Made by a program: the position numbers and the translations under genes
Part shown: positions 7,872 through 18,204 of the stretch, piece by piece
Numbering within the stretch: the first letter of the stretch is position 1
Layout: every line of letters starts with the position of its first letter
Origin: an uncultured Bacilli bacterium
Lineage (GTDB): Bacteria; Bacillota_I; Bacilli_A; RFN20; CAG-449
Reading direction: 5' to 3'
NCBI GenBank assembly: GCA_944332075.1
Contig: CALVJL010000001.1
Coordinates: 138,775-202,774, forward strand
Length of the DNA: 64,000 nucleotides
The notes under the pieces: model-generated
What the model was told of the DNA's origin: nothing
Seen by the model: the letters and a program-made list of their open reading frames with translations, nothing else
Databases searched by the model: none

Positions 7872-8408
7872 ATGATTATTGGGAAAAAGATTAAAATGCT
7901 TCGAGCGCTCAACAATTTAACTCAGGAAGAACTCGCATCCCGCTGCGACCTCACCAAAGGTTATATCTCCCAGCTCGAAAATGATCTCACTTCTCCTTCC
8001 ATTGCAACCTTAGTCGACATTCTTAATGCGCTAGGAAGCAACCTTAACGAATTTTTCTCTAGTGATACGATTACTGAAAAAATCGTCTTTACTAAAGAAG
8101 ATTACTTCACCAAGGATAATGACTATGGGTCAATCACCTGGTTAGTCACTAACTCCCAAAAAAACGAGATGGAGCCGATTATGCTGTCTCTCTATCCGGG
8201 GCAATCTACTCCGCTAGATAATCCCCATGAAGGTGAAGAATTTGGATATGTCTTGGAAGGAAGCATTCTAGTCTGCCTAGACAATCAAAAGTTTAGATGC
8301 AAAAAAGGCGAATCATTTTATTATGAATGCGATAAGCCTCATTATCTAAAAAACACCTCGTCAGGCATAAGCAAAGTCATCTGGATTTCGAGTCCACCAA
8401 ATTTTTAG
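7872..8408 (+). CDS. XRE-family HTH plus cupin-domain transcriptional regulator (PuuR-like)
   Basis: The N-terminal HTH LTQEELASRCDLTKGYISQLEND is XRE-type. The C-terminal region has a cupin pattern (GEEFGYVLEGSILV...). It is directly upstream of potABCD. Confidence 0.75.
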   Translation: MIIGKKIKMLRALNNLTQEELASRCDLTKGYISQLENDLTSPSIATLVDILNALGSNLNEFFSSDTITEKIVFTKEDYFTKDNDYGSITWLVTNSQKNEMEPIMLSLYPGQSTPLDNPHEGEEFGYVLEGSILVCLDNQKFRCKKGESFYYECDKPHYLKNTSSGISKVIWISSPPNF

Positions 8409-8439
8409 TTTTTTTGTTTGTTGGAGAAGGAGATAAGTT

Positions 8440-9951
8440 ATGGAACAACAAGATTACATCATCGAGCTTCGCAACGTGAGAAAGAAGTTTGATGACGCTG
8501 ACGATTATGTCGTCGAAAACTTTAACCTCAAGGTTAAAAAAGGGGAATTTGTCACATTCCTTGGCCCATCTGGATGTGGAAAAACAACCACATTAAGAAT
8601 GATTGCAGGATTTGACACACCAACAGAAGGCGAAATTCTTTTAAAAGGCGTCGATATTTCTAAATTGCCACCTTATAAAAGACCAATTAATACCGTCTTC
8701 CAAAAATACGCATTATTCCCAACTATGAACGTCTTTGATAATGTCGCTTTCGGATTAAAAATTAAGAAAGTCCCGGTCAAGGTTAAGAAAAATGGTCAAG
8801 AAGTGGTTAAAATGGTCCACCTCACCAAGGACATTATTAAACAAAAAGTTCAAAAGGCTCTAGAAATTGTCGATTTGGAACAGTTTGAGACGAGAGATAT
8901 CCAAACTCTTTCAGGAGGACAACAGCAAAGAGTTGCTATTGCTAGAGCAATCGTCAACGAACCGGAAATCTTATTATTAGATGAACCTTTAGGCGCACTT
9001 GATTTAAAAATGCGTAAAGAGATGCAGCTCGAATTAAAAGAGATGCACCGCAAATTAGGTATTACCTTTATCTATGTTACACACGATCAAGAAGAAGCTT
9101 TAACCATGTCAGATACCATCGTTGTTATGTCTGATGGCTTTATTCAGCAAATCGGTGAACCTAAACAAATATATGATGAACCAGCTAATGCTTTCGTCGC
9201 TGATTTCATCGGTGAAAGCAACATCTATTCTGGAACTATCTTCCCAGATCACAAAGTCAAAATTCTTAATAAATTATTCCCGATGGTCGACGATTTTCCT
9301 CTTCATGAGAAAGTCGATGTCGTTTTAAGACCTGAAGATATTATTATCAGCAAACCAGGTGAAGGCACTGTTGACGGAGTTATTAAATCTAAGATTTTCA
9401 AAGGTATCCATTATCAATATGTCATCATGGTTGGTAAAAATGAGGTTACCGCGCAATCAACGCTTTCTTTACCGGTTGATGAAAAAGTCTCAATTTCTAT
9501 TACCCCAGAAAATATCCATATTATGAAACGCGATGCTACCATTAACGCTTATGACGGATATATTACCAAAAACAACAAAGTTTGCTTTGCTGAATATGAT
9601 TGGGAATGCGATGTCACTCAGCTTTTAAAAGGTTCAAGTATTGATGAAGATGGTTATTTAGTCGGACCGGATCACAAAAAATATGATTTAACCGACGCTG
9701 AAGTAAAAGTCGATGTCGATTTAAATAAAGTAATGATTAGCGATAATGTCGATGAATGCGAAGTTACCGGACAAATCATTCAAATGGTTTATAAAGGTGA
9801 CCATTATCAATATTTAGTAAGAAATGAAAACGATGATTTTATTGTTGAAAACGAATGGACTTGGAATGAAGGAGATATCGTCGGAGTAACGATTAATAAA
9901 GAAGATATTAAATTGAAACTCAAAGGGGATATCAAGCAATATGAGCTTTAG
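8440..9951 (+). CDS. potA: Spermidine/putrescine ABC transporter ATP-binding protein PotA with duplicated C-terminal TOBE domain
   Basis: Walker [10 protein letters not shown], signature [14 protein letters not shown] and Walker [12 protein letters not shown] are present. It is 503 aa because the transport-associated OB domain is present twice (KGIHYQYV... and KGDHYQYLV...). Confidence 0.9.
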   Translation: MEQQDYIIELRNVRKKFDDADDYVVENFNLKVKKGEFVTFLGPSGCGKTTTLRMIAGFDTPTEGEILLKGVDISKLPPYKRPINTVFQKYALFPTMNVFDNVAFGLKIKKVPVKVKKNGQEVVKMVHLTKDIIKQKVQKALEIVDLEQFETRDIQTLSGGQQQRVAIARAIVNEPEILLLDEPLGALDLKMRKEMQLELKEMHRKLGITFIYVTHDQEEALTMSDTIVVMSDGFIQQIGEPKQIYDEPANAFVADFIGESNIYSGTIFPDHKVKILNKLFPMVDDFPLHEKVDVVLRPEDIIISKPGEGTVDGVIKSKIFKGIHYQYVIMVGKNEVTAQSTLSLPVDEKVSISITPENIHIMKRDATINAYDGYITKNNKVCFAEYDWECDVTQLLKGSSIDEDGYLVGPDHKKYDLTDAEVKVDVDLNKVMISDNVDECEVTGQIIQMVYKGDHYQYLVRNENDDFIVENEWTWNEGDIVGVTINKEDIKLKLKGDIKQYEL

Positions 9952-10738
9952 ATTTCAAAGAAAATATCTCTCAATTCCCTATATCGTCTTCTTCTTATTA
10001 TTTATCATCGTACCAATTTTCTTAATTATCTATTACGCTTTTACCGATAAAGCCACCGGAAATTTTTCTTTCATCAATCTGGTGCACTTTTTCTCGGACA
10101 TGACCAATATCAACGTTTTAATTATTTCTTTGGTCTTTGCCTTAGCTACAACCGTCATCTGCTTAATTATCGGTTATCCAATCGCTTATATTTTAGCTAA
10201 CAAAAAATTCAATAAAAATAAGGTTATCGTTATGCTCTTTGTTATGCCGATGTGGATTAACTTCATCATCAGAACAGGTGCGACAAGAGACCTTCTTACC
10301 TGGATTGGTTTAGGTGGAGGTACCCATCCAACATTTGCGACATTAGTCGGCTTAGTTTATAACTATCTCCCTTTCACCGTCTTACCTCTTTATTCAACAA
10401 TGTTAAAAATGGACCGCTCATTAATTGAAGCATCAGCTGATTTAGGAGCTAATCCAGTTCAAACATTTATTAAAGTAGTTATTCCTATGACGATGCCAGG
10501 CATTGTTTCTGCCTGCACGATGGTCTTTATGCCGACAATCTCGTCATACGTTATCAGTGACTTACTTTCTGAATACAATATTGTTTTATTCGGTTCATAT
10601 ATCGATCTTTACTTCAATCAAGCTAACTGGAACTTTGGAGCTTTCATGGCCTTGATTATGTTAATTCTCGTTGGTATTTCAGTTGTCGTCACTAGAAAAT
10701 TTTCAAAAGAAGAAAATGCGAGGACATCATTATGGTAA
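9941..10738 (+). CDS. potB: Spermidine/putrescine ABC transporter permease PotB
   Basis: 265 aa with six TM helices and an EAA-type loop ([14 protein letters not shown]). It overlaps potA by 11 nt. Confidence 0.85.
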   Translation: MSFRFQRKYLSIPYIVFFLLFIIVPIFLIIYYAFTDKATGNFSFINLVHFFSDMTNINVLIISLVFALATTVICLIIGYPIAYILANKKFNKNKVIVMLFVMPMWINFIIRTGATRDLLTWIGLGGGTHPTFATLVGLVYNYLPFTVLPLYSTMLKMDRSLIEASADLGANPVQTFIKVVIPMTMPGIVSACTMVFMPTISSYVISDLLSEYNIVLFGSYIDLYFNQANWNFGAFMALIMLILVGISVVVTRKFSKEENARTSLW

Positions 10739-11535
10739 AGAAAATACTAGCGAAGACTTATGTCTATTTCATTTTATTCTTGATGTATCTTCCAATCTTT
10801 TTATTAATCGTCTTCTCTTTTACCGATTCAGATTCGGTCGGCGTTTGGAACGGCTTCACCTTCAAACTATACGGAGACCTTTTCAAAAACAAAGAGTTGA
10901 TGACCGCGGTTGGAAATACTATCCTTATCGCTTTTGTCTCAGCAATTGTTTCCACGATTATTGGAACTTTAGGCGCAATTGGTTCTTATTATTCAAAAAA
11001 GAGAACGAGAAAAGTTATCGAGGGTATAACTCAATTACCAGTCGTTAACGCTGAAATCGTTATGGCCTTATCACTCGCTGTTCTTTTCGTCGCTTTAGGC
11101 TTCTCCTTCTCTTTCTTCACCTTAGTCATCGGTCACGTCGTCTTAACAGTCGCCTTTGTCTTTTTATCAGTTAAACCAAAGCTTCAACAAATGGATCCAA
11201 ATATCTATGAAGCAGCCTTAGACTTAGGAGCTACCCCACGCGTTGCTTTATATAAAGTTATGCTTCCAGAAATTCTTCCGGGAATTGTCTCAGGATTTAT
11301 GTTAAGTCTAACTTTGTCACTCGACGACTTCGTTATCACCCAATATTTAAAGAACCCATCATTTGAAACTATTTCAACCTATATTCAAAAGATTTTGGCT
11401 AAACACCCAGTTCCACCTGAGGTTAGAGCCTTGACAACTTTTATCTTCTTAATCGCTGTCATCATCGTTATCATCAATAACGTATCTGCCTACCGGCATT
11501 CTAAAAAAATTAATTCAATGAAGGAGGGCAAATAA
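10732..11535 (+). CDS. potC: Spermidine/putrescine ABC transporter permease PotC
   Basis: 267 aa with six TM helices and an EAA loop (EAALDLGATPRVALYKV). It overlaps potB by 7 nt. Confidence 0.85.
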   Translation: MVKKILAKTYVYFILFLMYLPIFLLIVFSFTDSDSVGVWNGFTFKLYGDLFKNKELMTAVGNTILIAFVSAIVSTIIGTLGAIGSYYSKKRTRKVIEGITQLPVVNAEIVMALSLAVLFVALGFSFSFFTLVIGHVVLTVAFVFLSVKPKLQQMDPNIYEAALDLGATPRVALYKVMLPEILPGIVSGFMLSLTLSLDDFVITQYLKNPSFETISTYIQKILAKHPVPPEVRALTTFIFLIAVIIVIINNVSAYRHSKKINSMKEGK

Positions 11536-13125
11536 ATGAAATCTTTACTTATCTTGACTCTTTCAATTATCGCTATGAACGGATTTTCTTCATTTACCTT
11601 TAATGGAGATTACCAAGTACATGAAAAGACAAACACTGTCTTAAAAGCTAATAACGATAATGTTATAACTATCTATAACTCTTCCGATTATATCGACGAA
11701 GGCTTAATTACCGCTTTTGAAGAAGAATATAACTGCACGGTCAATTACTATACTTTCGATACTAACGAAACCATGTATAACCAATTCACATTGCAGCCAG
11801 AAGGCACATATGATTTGCTCTGCCCGTCAGAATACATGATTCAAAAGTTAGTCTCAGAGGACTTAATTGTTCCTCTCGACCGCAGCAAATTAACCACTTA
11901 TAACGAATATGCCGCGCAAAACATCAAAAATAAGCTCGACGAGATGCTTACAACCGCGCAAAAAGAAGATGGTAGCTACTATACTTTAGGTGATTACGCC
12001 GCCGGTTATATGTGGGGAACCATGGGCATTGTTTATGACCCAGAATATGTCCACGAAGAAGATATCAAAACTTGGGATATCTTTTGGAATGAAAAATATC
12101 ATAAAATGGCTTCAGTGAAAAATTCCATGCGTGATACTTATGTCGTAGGAATTCTTCATGCTTATCAAGATGAATTAAATGTTTACCGCCAAAAATATGA
12201 AAACGGTGAAATTTCCGCTTTAGAATATAACGCTAAAATCCAAGAAGTTTTTGATCGTCACAGCCAAGAAGATATCAATAAAGTCAGAGAAGAACTTATC
12301 TCCATGAAAAACAATATTTATGGTTTTGAAGTTGACTCTGGTAAAAATGATATCATCACAGGAAAAATTAAAATGAACCTCGCCTGGTCAGGTGATGCGG
12401 TCTATTCCATTGATACCGCTAGTGAAGAAGCTGATAAATATCTAGAATATTCCGTTCCTGAAGAAGGAAGCAATATTTGGTATGATGGCTGGGTTATGCC
12501 TAAAGGAGCTAACGAAGAATTAGCTTATGCCTTTATTAATTTCCTTTCTGATCCAACCAATGCCGCTATCAACATGAATTATATCGGTTACACATCCTTT
12601 GTCGCTTCTGAAGAAGTTTTTGATCAAGTAGTCAACTGGTATGGAGCTCACGAATATTATGAAGGAACACCATACTCTGCCGAATTAGAAGATGTCGTCC
12701 ACTATGGAGATAAATTCTATCTCTGCATTCAAGATGCTCAAGGTATCTTGCCGACTAATGAAGAATATTTTGAAGAATTGCCAGAAGAAGATTGGCCGTT
12801 AACTACTCCGGTTGATTTATCTTATTACTTTGCTAGCAATCTTCCAGAAGGAAAAGCTGCTCTCTGCTATCCTTACGAAGATAGTGCTAATCAGTTAGAA
12901 GCTCAATATCCAACTGTCGAAATCATTAATCGCTGCGCTTTTATGAATGATTTTGGAGAAGATAACGCTAATGTCGTTATTATGTGGAGCCAAGTTAAAG
13001 CAGCAACCAATATGGTTCCTTATTACGTAATCATTATTTTGGCTATCGCTTTAGTTCCTTGTTACTTCTTAATTAAGTTTATTAAGGAAAAGCGCGAACA
13101 AAAATATCTTTCAGACTTTAATTAA
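11536..13125 (+). CDS. potD: Spermidine/putrescine substrate-binding protein PotD (extended, with C-terminal TM anchor)
   Basis: 529 aa with an N-terminal signal sequence and a PotD-like periplasmic binding fold. The C-terminal hydrophobic helix YYVIIILAIALVPCYFLIKFI is followed by a basic tail. It directly follows potC. Confidence 0.8.
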   Translation: MKSLLILTLSIIAMNGFSSFTFNGDYQVHEKTNTVLKANNDNVITIYNSSDYIDEGLITAFEEEYNCTVNYYTFDTNETMYNQFTLQPEGTYDLLCPSEYMIQKLVSEDLIVPLDRSKLTTYNEYAAQNIKNKLDEMLTTAQKEDGSYYTLGDYAAGYMWGTMGIVYDPEYVHEEDIKTWDIFWNEKYHKMASVKNSMRDTYVVGILHAYQDELNVYRQKYENGEISALEYNAKIQEVFDRHSQEDINKVREELISMKNNIYGFEVDSGKNDIITGKIKMNLAWSGDAVYSIDTASEEADKYLEYSVPEEGSNIWYDGWVMPKGANEELAYAFINFLSDPTNAAINMNYIGYTSFVASEEVFDQVVNWYGAHEYYEGTPYSAELEDVVHYGDKFYLCIQDAQGILPTNEEYFEELPEEDWPLTTPVDLSYYFASNLPEGKAALCYPYEDSANQLEAQYPTVEIINRCAFMNDFGEDNANVVIMWSQVKAATNMVPYYVIIILAIALVPCYFLIKFIKEKREQKYLSDFN

Positions 13126-13128
13126 AAA

Positions 13129-13156
13129 TAACCAGCTGTAAAGCTGGTTTTATTTA
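13129..13156. terminator. Bidirectional rho-independent terminator between convergent potD and sdaA
   Basis: Hairpin ACCAGCT-GTAA-AGCTGGT flanked by an A-run 5' and a T-run 3'. Confidence 0.6.
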
Positions 13157-14331
13157 TGGAAGAAATATTTAGCAAGCCCACCTTTAGACGTCTCTTTATA
13201 GGCGTTTTTGAGGTCTTTACCGGTTTGATACATCGTTTCGACAACTGTGTCAAACGATACTTGGCTTAAAGATGAAAGAATTGTCGCTAGATAGGCCGCA
13301 TCAAAGGCTCTTAATGTCGCGACGGCATTTCTTTCAATGCAAGGAATCTGAACCATTCCTTCCACCGGATCACAGGTTAATCCTAAATGATGTTCCATAG
13401 CTATTTCACTAGCGTATTCAATTTGCTTAATGTTTCCGCCTTCTAAAAAACAAATAGATGCGGCAGCCATTGAACAAGCTGAACCGATTTCCGATTGACA
13501 GCCAGCATAGGCTCCCGCAATCGAAGCGTTATGTTTAATAACATTACCAATAAGTCCACCTACTTTTAACGCCTCAATAATTTTTTCTATTGGAGTATTT
13601 TTATCATGGTAATAGTAGTAAAGCGCGGAGGCTAAAACCCCACTAGAACCGCAAGTCGGTGAAGTAACAACAATCGCTCCAGACGCATTTTCTTCTGAGC
13701 AAGCATAAGCAGATAACAATCTAATAACCTTTTCATGTCCATCATCTTCATGAAGCGATGAATAAATGATTTTTGCTTTTCTTTTAACTTGTAATTTTCC
13801 TGGTAATACACCGTCTTTAGTTAATCCATCAGTTATGGTTTTATCCATTTGAAAATATACTTTTTTTAAATATTCATCAATATTTTCAAAGCGATCAACA
13901 ACTTTATCTAAAGAAATATTATTTTCATAAGCGTATTTTTTTATTTCATCAAAATTATGAAAAGGATAAATATCTTTATTACTTTCTTCTACTTTGCTAT
14001 CAATGGAAATCGATCCACCTCCAAGAGAAATAAAAGTAATTTGCTTAATCATTTTTTCGTCATTAAAAACTTTTGCAATAAAAGTATTTGGATGTTTCAC
14101 TTTGCTCTTAATATCAAAGACTATTTTTGTATTAGGTCCGAGTTCATTTAGAATAATTATATCCGTAAGGTGACCTTTACCGGTTAAGGCTAAAGACCCA
14201 TAGAGAGTTATTTCAAAGCGCGTTGCCTCAGGAAAATGTTCTTTTAAATATTGGCAAGCTTTTGCCGGTCCCATCGTATGAGAAGAGGATGGGCCATGCC
14301 CAATTTTATAAAGTTCGACTAATGAATCCAT
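13150..14331 (-). CDS. sdaA: L-serine dehydratase (iron-sulfur dependent, single-chain)
   Basis: N-terminus LYKIGHGPSSSHTMGP matches the SdaA beta-domain signature (E. coli FKVGIGPSSSHTVGP). 393 aa. Confidence 0.8.
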   Translation of the reverse strand: MDSLVELYKIGHGPSSSHTMGPAKACQYLKEHFPEATRFEITLYGSLALTGKGHLTDIIILNELGPNTKIVFDIKSKVKHPNTFIAKVFNDEKMIKQITFISLGGGSISIDSKVEESNKDIYPFHNFDEIKKYAYENNISLDKVVDRFENIDEYLKKVYFQMDKTITDGLTKDGVLPGKLQVKRKAKIIYSSLHEDDGHEKVIRLLSAYACSEENASGAIVVTSPTCGSSGVLASALYYYYHDKNTPIEKIIEALKVGGLIGNVIKHNASIAGAYAGCQSEIGSACSMAAASICFLEGGNIKQIEYASEIAMEHHLGLTCDPVEGMVQIPCIERNAVATLRAFDAAYLATILSSLSQVSFDTVVETMYQTGKDLKNAYKETSKGGLAKYFFHK

Positions 14332-14443
14332 ATATAATTATCTTAACATAAATTAAATAAATATTTTCATTAAAATTATTAAACTTTATCTTGCAAGATG
14401 GCTCGCCTTTTGCTAAACTAATCATTGCGAAAGTTGAAAAGAT

Positions 14444-14518
14444 GGTTCCTTAGCCAAGCTGGTAAGGCAATTGACTGCAACTCAATCACCGTCGGTTCAA
14501 ATCCGGCAGGAACCTCCA
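14444..14518 (+). tRNA. tRNA-Cys (GCA)
   Basis: Cloverleaf GGTTCCT...anticodon loop CTGCAAC...GGTTCAAATCC...AGGAACC-T-CCA. Confidence 0.8.
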
Positions 14519-14585
14519 ACTTTGGTAAAAATTACTAATTAAAGTTCTTGACTTTAATTAGATGTTGAGTTATATTAATTAGGCT

Positions 14586-14662
14586 GCGCTAGTAGCTCAA
14601 CTGGATAGAGTGTCAGACTACGAATCTGGAGGTTGCGGGTTCGATTCCTGCCTAGCGCGCCA
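14586..14662 (+). tRNA. tRNA-Arg (ACG)
   Basis: GCGCTAG...anticodon loop CTACGAA...GGTTCGATTCC...CTAGCGC-G-CCA. Confidence 0.85.
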
Positions 14663-14669
14663 TTTAAAT

Positions 14670-14746
14670 CGGGAAATAGCACAGCTTGGTAGTGCATCTG
14701 ATTTGGGATCAGAGGGTCGCAGGTTCGAATCCTGTTTTCCCGACCA
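14670..14746 (+). tRNA. tRNA-Pro (UGG)
   Basis: CGGGAAA...anticodon loop TTTGGGA...GGTTCGAATCC...TTTCCCG-A-CCA. Confidence 0.8.
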
Positions 14747-14790
14747 TGTTATTACATCAGGATTTATATATCCTGTTATATATATTTTTT

Positions 14791-14866
14791 GGGGCTGTAG
14801 CTCATCTGGGAGAGCACCTGATTTGCACTCAGGAGGTAGCGAGTTCGATCCTCGTCAGCTCCACCA
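14791..14866 (+). tRNA. tRNA-Ala (UGC)
   Basis: GGGGCTG TA GCTCATCTGGGAGAGC...anticodon loop TTTGCAC...GGTTCGATCC...CAGCTCC-A-CCA. The G3:U70 Ala identity pair is present. Confidence 0.9.
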
Positions 14867-14926
14867 TTAAATATTGTCTGAACAGAAATGTTCCGTTAAA
14901 TAACAGTTGTCATTTGACAACTTTTT

Positions 14927-16003
14927 TTATTGCAATTTTTTATTAAATATTATTGTGAATTTACTTCCTTTACCAAGTGAGCTTAAAACTTCAATTTTTC
15001 CATTATGCAAGTCGACAATCTTTTTTACAATTGATAATCCTAATCCATACCCAGATGTCGAATGCGATAAATCCGCTTGATAATAAGATTCAAAAATATG
15101 TTTAATAGTTTCTTCACTCATGCCAATACCTGTATCTTCAAAAGTAAAATAAACTTGCTCACCAATATTTTTTGCCGCGACGATTATTTTACCTCCGTCA
15201 GCAGTAAATTTAATCGCATTTGATATTAAATTTACAAAAACCTGTTTAATAAAATCGTGATTACCATCTATTTCAATTGGTTCAATTTCTGTGCTTAAAG
15301 TTATTTTCTTATCATTAATTTGTTTTTCAAAAAGCAAAAGGGTTTGCCTAAGAATTTCTGAAGCATTTATCGTTTCTATTTCTTTTAAAGATTCACTGGT
15401 TTTTAATTTAGATAAAAGTAAAGTATTATTTGATAAATCTGAAAGGCGATTAATTTCGCTATAAATGATATCTAAATACTTCTCTTTATCCTCTTGTGAT
15501 ACTTTTTTATTTTTTAAAAGTTTAACAAAGCCTTTTATAGATGCTATCGGTGTTTTGAATTCATGGGAAAAATTAGAAATAAAGTCATCCTTTAACATTT
15601 CAAGAGAGCTTAATTCTTTGACCATTTTATTAAAATTATCGCCTAAATAACGTAACTCTGATGGAGTAACGATATTTACTTGAACATTAAAATCACCGTG
15701 TGAAACTTTTTCCATCGCTTCTCCAAGAGAAATTAATCCTCCTAACATCGCTCTTGTTAAAAAAGCCATAATGATGCTGGTCATCAAAACGCTTAATGAT
15801 AAAGCAATAATTGTCACGATAAAAAATGAAACGAAGCTATATGTCTCATAAAACGATAATAGATAAACGATTAAAGCGACGATTCCAGCCGTTGCTAGAG
15901 AAATTAAAAAGATTAATCCTGTTAATTTTTTATCGAGGTAAAAATGATATTCTTTATGGGCTCTAGTAAAATTTTTTAATATTGATTTTTTTAAATTTTT
16001 CAT
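14927..16003 (-). CDS. Two-component sensor histidine kinase
   Basis: Two N-terminal TM helices. HisKA motif SHEFKTPIASIKG and HATPase_c motifs (NLISNAIKFT, FEDTGIGM, GYGLGLSIVKKIV) are present. Confidence 0.9.
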   Translation of the reverse strand: MKNLKKSILKNFTRAHKEYHFYLDKKLTGLIFLISLATAGIVALIVYLLSFYETYSFVSFFIVTIIALSLSVLMTSIIMAFLTRAMLGGLISLGEAMEKVSHGDFNVQVNIVTPSELRYLGDNFNKMVKELSSLEMLKDDFISNFSHEFKTPIASIKGFVKLLKNKKVSQEDKEKYLDIIYSEINRLSDLSNNTLLLSKLKTSESLKEIETINASEILRQTLLLFEKQINDKKITLSTEIEPIEIDGNHDFIKQVFVNLISNAIKFTADGGKIIVAAKNIGEQVYFTFEDTGIGMSEETIKHIFESYYQADLSHSTSGYGLGLSIVKKIVDLHNGKIEVLSSLGKGSKFTIIFNKKLQ

Positions 16004-16004
16004 A

Positions 16005-16679
16005 CTATTTCTTTCTTACCGCCTTATAACCAATTCCCCAAATGGTTTGGATTTCAAAATCTTTTATATTTTTTAATTTATTTCTTAAACGATTTATATG
16101 TACAGCAACTGTGACATCATTAGATTCGTTATCATATCCCCAGATTTCATCCATTAATTGATAACGGGTAAATGCAACATCTAAATTAGATAATAATTTA
16201 TATAGTAATAAAAATTCTTTTTTCGGCAACGTAATAATTTTATCATCTGTTCGTATTTCTAAAGATGAGTAATCAACGATAGTATGAGGGAAAACAATCT
16301 TTTTTTCTGATTCAATTTTTGCTCGTCTTAATAATGCTTTAATCCGTAAAAGCATTTCTTCTTCATCAATTGGTTTAATCAAATAATCATCTGTTCCCAA
16401 GATAAAGGCTTCTCTTTTATCCTGAGGCAAATGTTTAGCAGTTATTATTAAAACCGGAATATCAATATCATTTTTTCTAATCGTTTTTAAAAATTCAAAG
16501 CCGTCCATAACCGGCATCATCACATCGAGAACGATTAAAGAGATTTTTTCTTGTTCAAGTTTAGATAAAGCTTCTTGACCATTTTTTGCCATAAATACTT
16601 GGTAGGAAGCTTGCTTTAAAACAGCAGATAAATATTCGCGATAAGAATAATCATCTTCAACCACTAAAATTTTAAACAT
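16005..16679 (-). CDS. OmpR-family response regulator
   Basis: Receiver domain (ILVVEDD ... LDVMMP ... K) and a C-terminal winged-helix (TRYQLMDEIWG...). I prefer the start at MFKILVVEDD (16679), which has an AGGTG RBS, over the upstream ATG at 16730. Confidence 0.85.
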   Translation of the reverse strand: MFKILVVEDDYSYREYLSAVLKQASYQVFMAKNGQEALSKLEQEKISLIVLDVMMPVMDGFEFLKTIRKNDIDIPVLIITAKHLPQDKREAFILGTDDYLIKPIDEEEMLLRIKALLRRAKIESEKKIVFPHTIVDYSSLEIRTDDKIITLPKKEFLLLYKLLSNLDVAFTRYQLMDEIWGYDNESNDVTVAVHINRLRNKLKNIKDFEIQTIWGIGYKAVRKK

Positions 16680-16784
16680 AAATAAAACACCTATTTCATT
16701 ATGGCATAAATATGATAAAAATCTAAACACAAGTTTATCTTTTGTTTAATATTATTTGTTAAAAAATAAATAGGATGTGGGAAA

Positions 16785-17453
16785 ATGACAGAATTAGTAA
16801 ATAACAAAATACCGGCAAAAGCAAAAAAAATTTACGACTACCATTGGGTCTATATGGGCATATGCATGATAGTTGCCTCGTTTCTTGGATGGGTAAGCGA
16901 AAATATATTTCGCTGTATCGCTTCAGAAAACCATACAATTGATAGCCGTTTTATGATTTTGCCTTTTATTGCTCCTTACGGGTTAGCTGTTTTTGCAGCC
17001 TATTTTGCTTTGGGTACCCCTGATAAGATGCGGTTATTCAAAAAAGAAATATTCCGTGACAATACAAGAAAAGATCGCATTTTATCCTACGTTTGTTATG
17101 GTACAGCAATATTTGTTACAGTCGCTTTAGGTGAAATAGTAGTTGGAACTATCTACGAAGCCATAACCGGATTAACGCTTTGGAATTATTCTAATATTCC
17201 TTTACACATAACTAAATTTACTTCTATTCCGACAACTTCGGCCTTAACTATATTAGCTGTAATTTTAATGCGGTTTGCCTTCACCCCATTTATGAACTTT
17301 CTGGAAAATAAGATGAACTATAAACTCGCTTTATATATTTCAATTATTTTAGGCAGTTTGATTGTTCTCGACTGTTTAATTATGATGTTCAATTTTCTAG
17401 TCTACGGAGAAAAAAATATTTATTGGCATATTGATTTAGCTTCTTATTTCTAA
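16785..17453 (+). CDS. Hypothetical polytopic membrane protein
   Basis: 222 aa with about six TM helices and no recognisable motif. Confidence 0.5.
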   Translation: MTELVNNKIPAKAKKIYDYHWVYMGICMIVASFLGWVSENIFRCIASENHTIDSRFMILPFIAPYGLAVFAAYFALGTPDKMRLFKKEIFRDNTRKDRILSYVCYGTAIFVTVALGEIVVGTIYEAITGLTLWNYSNIPLHITKFTSIPTTSALTILAVILMRFAFTPFMNFLENKMNYKLALYISIILGSLIVLDCLIMMFNFLVYGEKNIYWHIDLASYF

Positions 17454-17533
17454 GTAAGTGTCTAAAAATTACCTCTAGTCAAATTAAATGTAATCGGTTA
17501 CAATATAAATAAGGATAATGTTGAGGTGATAAT

Positions 17534-17986
17534 ATGTACGAGTTAAATAAGAAGGTTTCCCATGCGACTAAGGGATTAGTTCGTGTCATGGCAATTGATG
17601 GAGATAAAGTTCATTTAAGAAAAAGCGGAGTATATTTTGATGACTATATTCAAAATATTCGCCCGATTACTCCAAAAGAAGACTGCGAACATCTTTTAAC
17701 TGATTTAGAAAAAATCTGCGGTGAACGCGTTAAAAAACTTAATCCGGAAACGATGTATTATTATAATCTCGCACGTTATGGAACACTTGAAGATCTCTTT
17801 GTTATCATGAAAAGATTTTATTTAATTAAAGCCAAAGAATGTAAATCTCCGTTAACTCCAGAAGAAGCAGCGATTTATGCCTTTGCTAAAGATAAAGCTC
17901 TTCATGAAGTTTCTTATGTCTTAAGCGCGCCGATTGAAGAAATCGAGCCATACATCAAAAACCAACTACATTACGTAAAGGGTTAA
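17534..17986 (+). CDS. Hypothetical protein
   Basis: 150 aa soluble protein with no recognisable motif. An RBS (GGTGATAATATG) precedes it. Confidence 0.5.
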   Translation: MYELNKKVSHATKGLVRVMAIDGDKVHLRKSGVYFDDYIQNIRPITPKEDCEHLLTDLEKICGERVKKLNPETMYYYNLARYGTLEDLFVIMKRFYLIKAKECKSPLTPEEAAIYAFAKDKALHEVSYVLSAPIEEIEPYIKNQLHYVKG

Positions 17987-18204
17987 TTTCTCCCCATTGG
18001 ACACCTTGTAAAGCGTCAATATAAACGGCATTAGACCGTTTAACAAGGTGCAGGAAAGTACCATTAGCCACGGTACTTTCTTTTTTTGCAAAAATTAAGA
18101 AGATAAACTTCAAGTTCAGATGTATTTAGTTGCATTTTAATATTAATTATATAAGAATATCTATGCGCGACACATCGATAAGATGGTTGCAGCAGGAGTG
18201 TTTT

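Noticed and set aside
14610-14946. Two 86-aa ORFs in the six-frame track (14610-14870 and 14686-14946)
   Set aside because: They lie entirely across the tRNA-Arg, tRNA-Pro and tRNA-Ala genes. They read through tRNA sequence and are not coding.
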